Positions 53,444 to 63,183 of a DNA stretch of 64,000 nt are shown in pieces. This stretch comes from an uncultured Gemmatimonadaceae bacterium (GTDB lineage Bacteria; Gemmatimonadota; Gemmatimonadetes; Gemmatimonadales; Gemmatimonadaceae). How positions within the stretch are numbered: position 1 is the stretch's first letter; each line of letters begins with the position of its first letter. The stretch is from contig CAWHHI010000006.1 in the NCBI GenBank assembly GCA_963829055.1, positions 544,001 through 608,000 of the forward strand, read 5' to 3'. The translations under genes were made by a program, and so were the position numbers. Under the pieces are notes generated by a model. It worked only from the letters and a program-made list of their open reading frames with translations, made no database searches and was not told the DNA's origin.

Positions 53444-53929
53444 ATGTCAGACCACGTCATCGCCCCCGCCGCTGCTGCCGCGTCACCGGTCGCCGGCGGG
53501 CTTCGCCTGCTCGTCGTCGACGCCGATGACCGCACGCGCGAGAGCCTGGTCGGGATCCTCGGCATCCGACACCGCTTCACCGTCATCGGCAGCACCGGCC
53601 AGGTCGCCGAAGCCATCGCCCTTGTCCGCGACCAGCGGCCCGACGTCGTGATCGTCGACCCACGGCTGCCGGACGCGTCCGGCGGCGTGGCGCTCATCCG
53701 GCGCATCCGCGCGATCGATCCGACGGTCCACATCCTCGCCCTCGGCTGGTCGCCGGACCTCGAGAACGCGAGCCTCACCGCCGGCGCCCACGGCTTCATG
53801 CGCAAGACCCTCAAGCCGGGCGAGCTCGACGACGCCGTCTGCCGATGCCTCGGTGACGAGTCGAAGCGCGCCTCGTCCGACCAGCCCCAGGCGCCCGCCC
53901 CGGTCCGCGGACCGGGCCTGATCCTGTAG
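53444..53929 (+). CDS. Single-domain response regulator (atypical receiver)
   Basis: LLVVDAD, PDVVIVDPRLP, GFMRK. Confidence 0.75.
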   Translation: MSDHVIAPAAAAASPVAGGLRLLVVDADDRTRESLVGILGIRHRFTVIGSTGQVAEAIALVRDQRPDVVIVDPRLPDASGGVALIRRIRAIDPTVHILALGWSPDLENASLTAGAHGFMRKTLKPGELDDAVCRCLGDESKRASSDQPQAPAPVRGPGLIL

Positions 53930-53933
53930 TAGG

Positions 53934-54656
53934 ATGCCAATGCGTTCGATTACCGCCGCGTCAGCGCCAATCGCCGCGATTCCCGGAGTGAAGCTCGTGG
54001 ACGAAGCCCCTCGCATCCGCGTGCTCCTTGTCGACGACCACGCCGTCGTCCGCATGGGCCTGCGAGCCTTCTTCGACCTCCTGCCCGACATCGAGGTCGT
54101 GGGCGAGGCCGCCGACGGCAGCGAGGGCGTCGCGATGGCGCGCCGGCTGACCCCCGACGTCGTCCTCATGGACCTGCTCATGCCGAACATGGACGGCGTG
54201 ACCGCAATCGGCCGGATCAAGGCCGAGCTCCCCGAGACCGAGATCGTCACGATGACGAGCTTCATCGAGGAGGAGAAGGTCACCGCCGCCCTCGAGGCCG
54301 GTGCCTCGGGCTACGTGCTCAAGGACGCGGAGGCCGAGGAGGTCGCCCAGGCGATCCGGGCCGCCTACGCCGGCGAGGTCCACCTCGATCCCCAGGTCGC
54401 GCGGCTGCTCGCGCAGCGGATGCGCGCCAAGAAGGATCCGGAGCCGGTCGAGCCCCTCACCGATCGCGAGAAGGACGTCCTGCGCCTGCTCGGCCAGGGC
54501 ATGTCGAACAAGGAGATCGGCGCGACGCTGTTCATCACCGAGCGGACCGCGCGGACGTACGTCAGCAACATCCTGGGCAAGCTCGGCCTCGCGTCGCGCA
54601 CGCAGGCGGCCCTGTGGGCCGTCGAGCACAAGCTCGTCGAGGCGCCGGGCGCCTGA
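53934..54656 (+). CDS. NarL/LuxR-family response regulator
   Basis: VDDHAVVR, DLLMP, LTDREKDVL..SNKEIG..RTQAA. Confidence 0.93.
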   Translation: MPMRSITAASAPIAAIPGVKLVDEAPRIRVLLVDDHAVVRMGLRAFFDLLPDIEVVGEAADGSEGVAMARRLTPDVVLMDLLMPNMDGVTAIGRIKAELPETEIVTMTSFIEEEKVTAALEAGASGYVLKDAEAEEVAQAIRAAYAGEVHLDPQVARLLAQRMRAKKDPEPVEPLTDREKDVLRLLGQGMSNKEIGATLFITERTARTYVSNILGKLGLASRTQAALWAVEHKLVEAPGA

Positions 54657-54700
54657 CCCGCGCACCCCACCCGCTGTCCGGCGGGCGAGGGAGGATCGCC

Positions 54701-55477
54701 GTGACCACACCGGATCCGAACGAACCACCGAAGGCCGAGCCGCCGCCGGCGATTCCGCCGTCGCCGGCCGCCGCGCCACCGCCGGCCCCCGACCCGGCGA
54801 CGGCCGCCGCTGGGTCGGCCTCGCCCCCGCCTGATGGCCCGCCGCCGGCTCCCGATGCCGCCGCGGGGAGCCGCAGGTCCAGCATCGCCACCTCCGGGCG
54901 AGAGCCGCCGCGAGCGCCGCCTGGGCGACAGCGGCCCGTCGTCGGCGGGCGTGGTGTTCGGGATCATCCTCGTCGTCGGCGGCGCGCTCCTCCTGGTCGG
55001 GCGGCTGACGGACATCTCGCTGGACCATCCGCCTGGCCCCTGTGGCTGATCGTCCCGGGCGTGGCGATGGTCATCGGCTCCTTCGCGATCCCGCCGCGTG
55101 GCGGCCTCGGGCTCGCGATCCCTGGCGCCATCCTGACCATGCTCGGCAGCGTCCTGTGGGTCCAGGCGGCGACGGGGTTGTACTCGACCTGGGCCTACGC
55201 CTGGGCCCTGATCGTGCCCACCGGACCGGGCCTCGGCATGCTGCTCTACGGGCTCGTGCGGCGGGACGGCGAGCTGGCCCGGAACGGCCTCCGCACGACG
55301 CTGGCCGGCCTCGCGCTGTTCATCGGCCTCGGCCTGATCTTCGAGGGCTTGCTCAGCCTGTCGGGCTTCGAGCTCGCGAACGTGCGCGAGGTCCTGCCCT
55401 ACGCGGCGATCGGCCTCGGCGTCGTGCTGGTGGTTGGGTCGTTCGCGGGCCGCCGGGAGAAGACCGCCGGGACCTGA
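54701..55477 (+). CDS. Membrane protein with a Pro-rich N-terminus (frameshifted)
   Basis: GVVFGIILVVGG, WPLWLIVPG, WAYAWALI. Confidence 0.7.
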   Translation: MTTPDPNEPPKAEPPPAIPPSPAAAPPPAPDPATAAAGSASPPPDGPPPAPDAAAGSRRSSIATSGREPPRAPPGRQRPVVGGRGVRDHPRRRRRAPPGRAADGHLAGPSAWPLWLIVPGVAMVIGSFAIPPRGGLGLAIPGAILTMLGSVLWVQAATGLYSTWAYAWALIVPTGPGLGMLLYGLVRRDGELARNGLRTTLAGLALFIGLGLIFEGLLSLSGFELANVREVLPYAAIGLGVVLVVGSFAGRREKTAGT

Positions 55478-55505
55478 CGGCTCGGCCGGGCCCCGGCCGC
55501 GCCCG

Positions 55506-56744
55506 TCACTCGATCTCGAGGACCCGGTAGTGGATCTGGCCGCCCGGCGTGACGATCGTGACCTCGTCGCCGACGCGGCGGCCCATGAGCGCGGCGCCGA
55601 CCGGCGAGATGCTCGAGATCCGGCCCTCGCGGCTGTTCGCCTCGGCCGAGCCGACGACCTGCAGCTCCACGGTCTCCTCGCCGTCCTCGTCGAGCTTGAC
55701 GCGCGACCCGATCTCCACCCGGGCGCCCCGCTCGGTGGGCGCGACCACCTGGGCGACCTTGAGCTTGGCCTCGAGCGCCTTGATCCGGCCCTCGAGGAAG
55801 CCCTGCTCCTCGCGAGCGGCGTGGTACTCGGCGTTCTCCTTGAGATCCCCGTGCTCGCGCGCCGTCGCGATGCGCTTGATGACGCCCGGCCGCTCGGCGA
55901 GCAGCCCGGCGAGCTCGGCCTGCAGCCGCTCGAGGCCCTCTGCCGACACGAGTACCGGTTCCGGCGGCGGCTTGCGCGGCGATCCCTGCGCGGCGTAGGC
56001 GGCCGCGGACGCCACGCGACCGGCTCCCCGTCCGGGCGCCGGCCGTCGGGCGCGCTTGGCCTCGTCCCTCGCGCCGTCGGCGTCGCCCGGCGGGAACTTG
56101 ACGATGCGCTTGACCGGCTTCGGCTCGGGCGCCTTGACCTCGGGCAGCAGCGGGTTCGTGATGCCCGTCTCCTTGCGGATCCCCGACGGTGACCGCAGGA
56201 CCGCCCACGGCAGGAGGCTGGCGGCGACGCCGGCAGCGCTCTTCACGACGGCCGCGCGGTCCGCGTCGCTGATCCCGGCCGCGAAGGCTTCGAGCAGTGC
56301 GTCCTCGTACTCCTCGAGCGCGTCGGTGCCGGCCCACCAGACCCGCAGGTCGCCCGGGTTGCGCAGGAAGTGCAGCCACAGGCCCGAGGCGGCCGGCTTG
56401 GCGTCGCCCGGCACCGTCTTCACGATCGCGGCGACGCGACCTGCGACGGAGCCCTGCGTGCTGCCGATGTACAGGACGGGCTGATCGGGCAGCCAGAACG
56501 ATGACAGCCGCTGCGACAGCTCGCGGGACGCCGGGCGGACGCCGTCGAGGTGCAGCTCCGGCACCCGCTCGAGCCACTTGCCGACCAGCGCGAGATCGAG
56601 GCCCGGCGCCGGTTGCGGCGCGGCGAGCTCGACGACGAACACGCCGGGTGCGGAGTGGCGGATCGGGCGGCCCCAGATGGCGGGTCCGTCGGCGATCAGC
56701 CCGACCTCGCGCAACAGGTCGGCGGCGGTGCGAGCAGTGGGCAT
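55506..56744 (-). CDS. greA: Transcription elongation factor GreA with a long N-terminal extension
   Basis: EGLERLQAEL, AREHGDLKENAEYHAAREEQ, ISSISPVGAALMG. Confidence 0.9.
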   Translation of the reverse strand: MPTARTAADLLREVGLIADGPAIWGRPIRHSAPGVFVVELAAPQPAPGLDLALVGKWLERVPELHLDGVRPASRELSQRLSSFWLPDQPVLYIGSTQGSVAGRVAAIVKTVPGDAKPAASGLWLHFLRNPGDLRVWWAGTDALEEYEDALLEAFAAGISDADRAAVVKSAAGVAASLLPWAVLRSPSGIRKETGITNPLLPEVKAPEPKPVKRIVKFPPGDADGARDEAKRARRPAPGRGAGRVASAAAYAAQGSPRKPPPEPVLVSAEGLERLQAELAGLLAERPGVIKRIATAREHGDLKENAEYHAAREEQGFLEGRIKALEAKLKVAQVVAPTERGARVEIGSRVKLDEDGEETVELQVVGSAEANSREGRISSISPVGAALMGRRVGDEVTIVTPGGQIHYRVLEIE

Positions 56745-56843
56745 GTTCGATCGTGTCCCCGGGAGCCTGGGGTTCTGGGCCGGACGGCGCGGACGGGCTC
56801 GCGGCGGCGCGCCTGTGGCCTCTCAGCGTATCGTCTCACCGTC

Positions 56844-58319
56844 ATGCCCACCGAGCCGACCCCGCGCCGACCGTCGACCGGCGCAAGCGCCGCTCGTCCG
56901 ATCGCCGGCCCAGACGCCCGCCGCTCGTCCGTCACGCCCGTCCGCCTCGGTGTGGCGACCGTGCTGGTCATCGCCGTGCTGGTCGCGGGCTTCGGCCTGC
57001 TGGGCGGGTCGGGAAACCGGCCGTCCGGCGTCGCGGCAGCCGCGACCTCGGCCCTGACGGGATCGCCGTCGGCGACCCTTGCGGTCACCGCCGCCGGCTC
57101 CGCCTCGCCTGACGCGTCGGCCACCGAGGCCCCCGCGACCGAGCGGGCGACCCCCGACTCCTCGACCGAGCCCACCGCCACACCGACCCCCGATCCAACA
57201 CCGACGCCGACCGCAACCCCACCGGCCACGGCCACCCCGGAACCCCCCGGCAACGGCGGTTCGACCGCCGTCGTCGGCCACAAGGCCCTCCAGCGCCGCC
57301 TCGACGCCTGGCGTGCGAAGCACTTCGTGCCCGGCGTCTCGGTCGCGATGCTGTGGGACGACGGCCGCACCTGGCTCGGCACCTCGGGCGACGCCGACAT
57401 CGCGTCCGGTCGAGCAGTGACGCCCGAGACCGGTTTCGCCCTCGCGTCGATCTCGAAGACCTTCACGGCGGCGGTCGTCCTGGATCTCGTCGACGAGGGC
57501 AAGCTGCGACTGGACGAGCGGGTCGCGCCGCTGCTGCCAGAGCTCGGCATCGATCGGCGGGTGACGGTGCGGATGCTGCTCGACCACACGAGCGACCTGA
57601 ACGACTTCTTCTTCAACCCGAAGATCGACCATGCGCTGCAGTCCAACCCGGACGCCACGTGGAACGCCAAGCGAACGTGGCGCTACGTGCCGCCGGGCCG
57701 GATCCGGCCGGGCAAGGTCTGGGCCTACTCGAACACGAACTACCTCGCCCTTGGCGAGCTCGTCCGGGCGGTCGATGACCGGCCCCTGGCCAAGGAGATC
57801 CGGGCGAGGCTGCTGGATCCACTGGGCCTCGAGCACGCGTGGTACCAGGCGGCCGAGAAGCCGCGGACCGAGCTCAGCACCGGCTACCGGCTGGTGCCCG
57901 GACCGACAGGGGGCGCGCGCGCCGTCCCGGTCGCGCCGGCGAGCGAGGTCATGCCGTTCCGGTCCGTGGTCACCGCCGCGGGGGGCGCGGGCTCGATCGC
58001 GGCAACGGCCGAGGACACCGCGCGCTGGATGCAGGCGTTCGCCGGCGGGAGGGTGCTCTCGCCCGCGATGCAGACGGCGATGCTGGGCGACGTCGCCTAC
58101 ACCCGGGCGCTCCACGCGCGGATCCCGTACGGCCTGGGGATCCAGCAACTGTCGATCGCCGGGCGGCCCGCGCTCGGCCATTCCGGTCGCTACCTCGGCT
58201 ACCGCAACGTGGTCCGCTACCTGCCGGCGGATGGGGTAACGATCGCGGTGCTCACCAACCAGGGGGTCGTCGACCCCGCGGTGGTCGCGGCGCAGCTGCT
58301 GAAGATCGCCCTTCGGTAG
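56844..58319 (+). CDS. Membrane-anchored serine hydrolase (beta-lactamase/class C-like)
   Basis: SISK (SxxK), YSN, HSG motifs; TM helix plus Pro/Thr linker. Confidence 0.9.
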   Translation: MPTEPTPRRPSTGASAARPIAGPDARRSSVTPVRLGVATVLVIAVLVAGFGLLGGSGNRPSGVAAAATSALTGSPSATLAVTAAGSASPDASATEAPATERATPDSSTEPTATPTPDPTPTPTATPPATATPEPPGNGGSTAVVGHKALQRRLDAWRAKHFVPGVSVAMLWDDGRTWLGTSGDADIASGRAVTPETGFALASISKTFTAAVVLDLVDEGKLRLDERVAPLLPELGIDRRVTVRMLLDHTSDLNDFFFNPKIDHALQSNPDATWNAKRTWRYVPPGRIRPGKVWAYSNTNYLALGELVRAVDDRPLAKEIRARLLDPLGLEHAWYQAAEKPRTELSTGYRLVPGPTGGARAVPVAPASEVMPFRSVVTAAGGAGSIAATAEDTARWMQAFAGGRVLSPAMQTAMLGDVAYTRALHARIPYGLGIQQLSIAGRPALGHSGRYLGYRNVVRYLPADGVTIAVLTNQGVVDPAVVAAQLLKIALR

Positions 58320-58361
58320 GGACCGCGTGAGGCGTCAGCCCGCCGCTGACGGGACCGGCGG

Positions 58362-59648
58362 TCAGGCGACCCCGGAGCGGCGGCGGCTGGATCGAGCGGG
58401 CGGCGCGCCCCGGCGTGCACCGGCGCCGGCATAGCTGCTGGCCCCTCGCGGTGTCCGGAGCGGCTGCGGCTCGGCGTCGCGCCGCGGCACGAACCCGGGC
58501 TCGGTGGTCCACGGGATCGCGACCCGAATGAGCCGCTGGACGCCGCGCAGGAGGTCTGCCTCGTCGATGCACACGAGGCTGACCGCGTCGCCCGTCGCGC
58601 CCGCCCGGCCCGTGCGGCCGATGCGGTGGACGTAGTCCTCGGGGTTCCACGGCAGCTCGAAGTTCACGACATGCGGCAGGTCCTCGATGTCGAGGCCGCG
58701 GGCGGCGACGTCGGTGGCCACGAGGACGCGGATCTCGCCCGCCTTGAACGCCTCGAGCGCCTTGGTCCGGTCGGACTGCGCGCGGTCGGAGTGGATCGCG
58801 GTCGCGGCGACGCCGTGCCGGTCCAGCCACGAGGCCAGGCGCGAGGCCGCGATCTTGGTCCGGCGTGAACACGAGCACCTGGTGCCAGTCGCCTTCGACG
58901 ATCAGGTGGGCGAGCAGCTCCTCCTTGCGATCGCGGTCGACCGGGTAGACGAGCTGGCGCACGTTCTCGGCGGCCGTGCCGTGGCGGGCGACCTCGATCG
59001 TGACCGGATTGCGCAGGATCGAGCCCGCGAGGCGCTTGATGTCGTCCGAGAACGTCGCCGAGAACAGCAGCGTCTGCTGGCGCGACGGCAGGAGCTTCGA
59101 GGATCCGCTGGATGTCGGGCATGAAGCCCATGTCCAGCATGCGGTCGGCCTCGTCGAGCACGAGGATCTCGACCTGGCCGAGGTTTGCCGCGCGCTGGCC
59201 GACGAGGTCGAGGAGGCGGCCGGGCGTCGCGACGAGGATCTCGATGCCGGCGCGCAGCTCCTTGATCTGGGGATCGAGGGGCACGCCGCCGTACACCACC
59301 GCCGACCGCAGGGGCGACGTTCCGGCTGTACGTCTTGACGCTCTCGGCGACCTGGACGGCGAGCTCGCGCGTCGGCGTCAGGACGAGGCACCGGACGGGG
59401 TGCCGCGCCGGCGAGAACGAGGTGTTCGACTGCGGTCGCAGACGGTCGAGGATCGGGAGGGTGAACGCCGCGGTCTTGCCGGTGCCGGTCTGCGCGGCGG
59501 CGAGCACGTCCGTGCCCTGGAGGACGAGAGGGATCGCCCGTTCCTGCACCGGCGTCGGCTCGGTGTACCCCTCTTCCGTAACGGTCCGCAACAGGATGTC
59601 GGACAGGCCTAGTTCATCAAAGCGCAAGGTTGGTCTGCTTCTCTGCAT
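58362..59648 (-). CDS. DEAD-box RNA helicase, RhlE-like (frameshifted)
   Basis: [42 protein letters not shown]. Confidence 0.92.
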
Positions 59649-59767
59649 CTCGGTCGCATGGGCAGCGACCCTGTGGTCGAAATCTCATTTCCGGCGCGGC
59701 GCCCACCCGGCTGCGCGGGGGCGGCGGCTACCGCCGGTTCGCGCGGAGCATACCCGACAATGGGCCG

Positions 59768-60268
59768 ATGGGCGCACAGGGAACGCGCGCGATCGAGGCG
59801 GCGAGCCGCGCCGGCGTCCCGTATTCAGTGCATGAATATGCGCACGACGAGCGGGCGACGCTGCGTGAAGGTGGTCGCGGCTATGCGCTCGAGGCCGTGG
59901 CGGCGCTCGGCCTGGAGCCTGCCCGGGTGTTCAAGACGCTGGTCGTCTCGGTCGACGGCCGGCTCGGGATCGCGGTCGTGCCGGCGGACGCCGAGGTGGA
60001 TCTGAAGGCGGTCGCCGATGCGCTCGGCGGCCGCAAGGCGTCGATGGCCGCCCCTGCCGATGCCGAGCGGGCGACGGGGTACGTGCTGGGCGGGATCAGC
60101 CCCCTCGGGACGCGCCGGCCGCTGCCGACGGTGCTCGACGCCTCGGCCACCGACTGGTCGACGATCCACGTCTCCGCCGGGCGGCGCGGCCTGGAGATCG
60201 AGCTGGCGGCCACGGACCTTGCGCGGCTCACGGGTGGGGTGACGGCGCCGATCGCCCGGCGCGGCTGA
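59768..60268 (+). CDS. ybaK: Cys-tRNA(Pro) deacylase
   Basis: VFKTL, TGYVLGGISPLG, SAGRRG. Confidence 0.9.
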   Translation: MGAQGTRAIEAASRAGVPYSVHEYAHDERATLREGGRGYALEAVAALGLEPARVFKTLVVSVDGRLGIAVVPADAEVDLKAVADALGGRKASMAAPADAERATGYVLGGISPLGTRRPLPTVLDASATDWSTIHVSAGRRGLEIELAATDLARLTGGVTAPIARRG

Positions 60269-60329
60269 GCGGGCCACCCTCCATCCGCCGGCCTTGCGCA
60301 CCGGTCGTCGACGTCGCATCCTGCCGCGC

Positions 60330-60944
60330 ATGGCGCGGGGCCTCGGTCTGGCGGTCGACCTGGCGATCAAGGTCGCGGTGATCGGGCTGTCGCTCTACCC
60401 GCTCGTGAACCCCGAGTCCTCGCACTTCGCGGGCAAGGCGATGGGCGTGCGAGCCCTGATCTACCCGGTGTTCGTCCTGCTCATCCCCGTGGTGTGGCTG
60501 GCCGCCGGGCGGCCACGGCCGTATCCGGTTCTCGCCGACATTGCGCTCGGGCTGCCGTTCGTGATCGACGCCGGGTCGAACGTGCTCGGGCTGTTCGCGA
60601 TCCCCGGCTTCGACGCGCTGCCACACGCGATCGGCTGGTTCTGCCTCTCGATCGCCTTCGGCCTTGCCGTCGCGCCTCTCGTCGGGGCGAGGTGGGTGGC
60701 CTTCCTCCTCGTCGTCGGGTTCGGGGCGTCGATCGACATCCTGTGGGAGATCGGCGAGTACCTGTTGATGCGGAGCGGGTCATCCGGCCTCGCCCTCACC
60801 TACGACAACACCATCCAGGACCTGGCGATGTCGTTCATCGGCGCGGTCGCGGCCGCCGCCGTCGTCGTGACCGTGCTGTGGCCGCGCGACGGGACGCCCA
60901 GGGCGCCGTTCGGCTGGAGCGTCGCCAGCGGGTCCGAGCCCTAG
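60330..60944 (+). CDS. Membrane protein (DUF2238-like pattern)
   Basis: FDALPH, LWEIGEY, YDNTIQDL. Confidence 0.65.
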   Translation: MARGLGLAVDLAIKVAVIGLSLYPLVNPESSHFAGKAMGVRALIYPVFVLLIPVVWLAAGRPRPYPVLADIALGLPFVIDAGSNVLGLFAIPGFDALPHAIGWFCLSIAFGLAVAPLVGARWVAFLLVVGFGASIDILWEIGEYLLMRSGSSGLALTYDNTIQDLAMSFIGAVAAAAVVVTVLWPRDGTPRAPFGWSVASGSEP

Positions 60945-61750
60945 CCGGCGATCTCCGCTCGTTCCGTCCACAGGGCGGCGAGCACGAGCGCCCCGATCAG
61001 CCACAGCGCCACCACGACGACCGCCACGTCCGGGCCGAGGCTCACCGTGGGTCCGCCGCCGCCGCCACCACCGCCCCCGCCTTCGGCGATCACCGCCGAG
61101 GCCGCGGAGAACGGGAACCACTTGAAGACGTTGGGCAGGAAGATCCCGGCGATGTTCTGGACCACCAGCAGCCCGATGCCCACGCCGATGCCCGCGAGCT
61201 GGCTGCGGGCGACAGTCGCGATCGCGAACCCGATCGCCGCCTCCATCGACAGGGCGAGCGATGCGCGGCCGATGAGCTCGGGCAGGGTGAGGATGGCGGA
61301 CTGCTGCCCGGCGCCGTCGAGCGGCACGCCGAGGATGGCCGAGCCGATCGCGGCACCGACGAGCGCGAGCGCGTAGGCGGCCAGGAACCCGATCACCACG
61401 GCCACGACCACGCCCAGATACCCGACGAGCGTGTAGCGGCTCCGGCTCTCGCCCCGGGCAATGGCCGCCTTGAGCGTGCCCCACGGCCACTCGGAGCCGG
61501 CGATCGCCGCCCCGAACGTCAACGCCAGGATGCCGCCCAGGCCCAGGACGAGCGACGCCGCGTTCGCGTAGGCGCCCGGGAACGTCACGACCAGCTGCGC
61601 CGCGAGCTTCGCCTGCGGGTTCTCGGCTTGCTGCGAGCTGGCGATCAGCGCGAGGTACAGCAGCCCGACGAGCGCGACGAGGAGCAGGAACGTCACCCAG
61701 GTCGCGGGTCGCCGGACGAGCTTGCGGAGGTTGGCACGCAGCAGCCTCAT
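60941..61750 (-). CDS. ABC-2 type transporter permease
   Basis: GSEWPWGTLK, about six TM helices. Confidence 0.85.
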   Translation of the reverse strand: MRLLRANLRKLVRRPATWVTFLLLVALVGLLYLALIASSQQAENPQAKLAAQLVVTFPGAYANAASLVLGLGGILALTFGAAIAGSEWPWGTLKAAIARGESRSRYTLVGYLGVVVAVVIGFLAAYALALVGAAIGSAILGVPLDGAGQQSAILTLPELIGRASLALSMEAAIGFAIATVARSQLAGIGVGIGLLVVQNIAGIFLPNVFKWFPFSAASAVIAEGGGGGGGGGGPTVSLGPDVAVVVVALWLIGALVLAALWTERAEIAG

Positions 61751-62784
61751 TGCTTCCACCCGGTCGGCTCGGGCTTGGTGCCTGGGTCGTTGGCCCACAC
61801 CGTGGGCGGCGCGCCCGGTCCGCCCGCCGGGTCGCCCGGGCCGCCGCCGACGTCGGGACGCGACGCGGTCAGCTCCAGGAACAGCGATTCGAGGTTGGAG
61901 CCGCCCTCGATCCGCGACGCGAACACGCCCGCGCCCGCCAGCGCGCGGTTCAGCTCCGCCGATCGGTCGGGGTCGATCTTGACGCTCAGCCAGCCGCCTT
62001 CCGGGCCGTCCTCGGGGGTCACCGTGCCGTCCCCGGCGATGCGGGTCAGCAGCTCGGCCGCCGTGGGGACCTCCGCCGGCGCCACCCGGATCCGGATCGA
62101 GCCCTCCTCGCGCAGCAGCGTCTCGACCGAGCCCTCGCGGATGAGCCGCCCGTGCCCGATGATCCCGACGACGTCGGCCAGCTGCTGGACCTCGGACAGG
62201 ATGTGGCTCGAGACGAACACGGTCTTGCCCGACGCGGCGAGGGCGCGCAGCGAATCGCGCATGCCGACGATCCCGGCGGGGTCGAGACCGTTGGCCGGCT
62301 CGTCGAGCAGCAGCAGCTTCGGGTCGTTGAGGAGGGCCGCGGCGATCCCCAGCCGCTGCTTCATGCCGAGGGAGTAGCCCGAGACCTTGTCCCGGCCGCG
62401 CTCGCCGAGGTTCACGAGCTCGAGGACCTCGTCGATCCGGGCGCGCGTGACCGTCGCCCCGGTCGCAGCCAGGGCGCGCAGGTTCTCGCGGCCCGACAGG
62501 AACGGGTAGAACGACGGCGACTCGATCAGCGCGCCGACCTCGAACAGGCGCTTGCGGTCGCCCCGCCCGAACGGCCGCCCGAGCAGCTCGACCCGCCCGC
62601 TGTCCGGCCGGATCAGGCCGGTGAGGATCCGCATCGTCGTGGTCTTGCCGGCCCCGTTGGGCCCGAGGAACCCGTACACGACGCCGGTCGGCACGCGCAG
62701 GTCGAGCCCGTCGAGGGCCACCTGGGACCCGTACTTCTTGGCCAGCCGCTCGGTCGCCAGCGCCACCCCGGGATCAGCCGTCAC
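61747..62784 (-). CDS. ABC transporter ATP-binding protein (BcrA-like)
   Basis: GPNGAGKTT, YSLGMKQRLG, LDEPANGLD, SSH. Confidence 0.92.
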   Translation of the reverse strand: MTADPGVALATERLAKKYGSQVALDGLDLRVPTGVVYGFLGPNGAGKTTTMRILTGLIRPDSGRVELLGRPFGRGDRKRLFEVGALIESPSFYPFLSGRENLRALAATGATVTRARIDEVLELVNLGERGRDKVSGYSLGMKQRLGIAAALLNDPKLLLLDEPANGLDPAGIVGMRDSLRALAASGKTVFVSSHILSEVQQLADVVGIIGHGRLIREGSVETLLREEGSIRIRVAPAEVPTAAELLTRIAGDGTVTPEDGPEGGWLSVKIDPDRSAELNRALAGAGVFASRIEGGSNLESLFLELTASRPDVGGGPGDPAGGPGAPPTVWANDPGTKPEPTGWKQ

Positions 62785-63183
62785 CCTCGCCCTCCCCGCG
62801 AACTCTCTTCGCACCTGGTCGGGGTGCGGCTACGCACCAAACGATAGCCCAGGGGTTGATGACCTTTTCGGCGGATGGTGGTTCCGGGATTGGTGGGGTT
62901 CACTACAAACCCATCGCGTGGCATACTTCCCCGGTCCACGGGGGATGCCCACCCGAACGCAGACAGGCCAACAACCGAAGAGCCGTCGTCACGGACAGGC
63001 ACCTGTCGCGCCCCCTCGGGTGGTCCGCCGCCCGGTCCCGGATCGTCTCGTCGATCCACGTCGCCCCGCCCAGCGGTTTCCGACGCGCCGCCCCCCGCCG
63101 CCCCATGCCTGCCACCGACGGCCACCACTCCCACCGTCGCCCTGCCCCATGCATGGCGTTCCGGCAGAGAGGAGGCAAGACGA

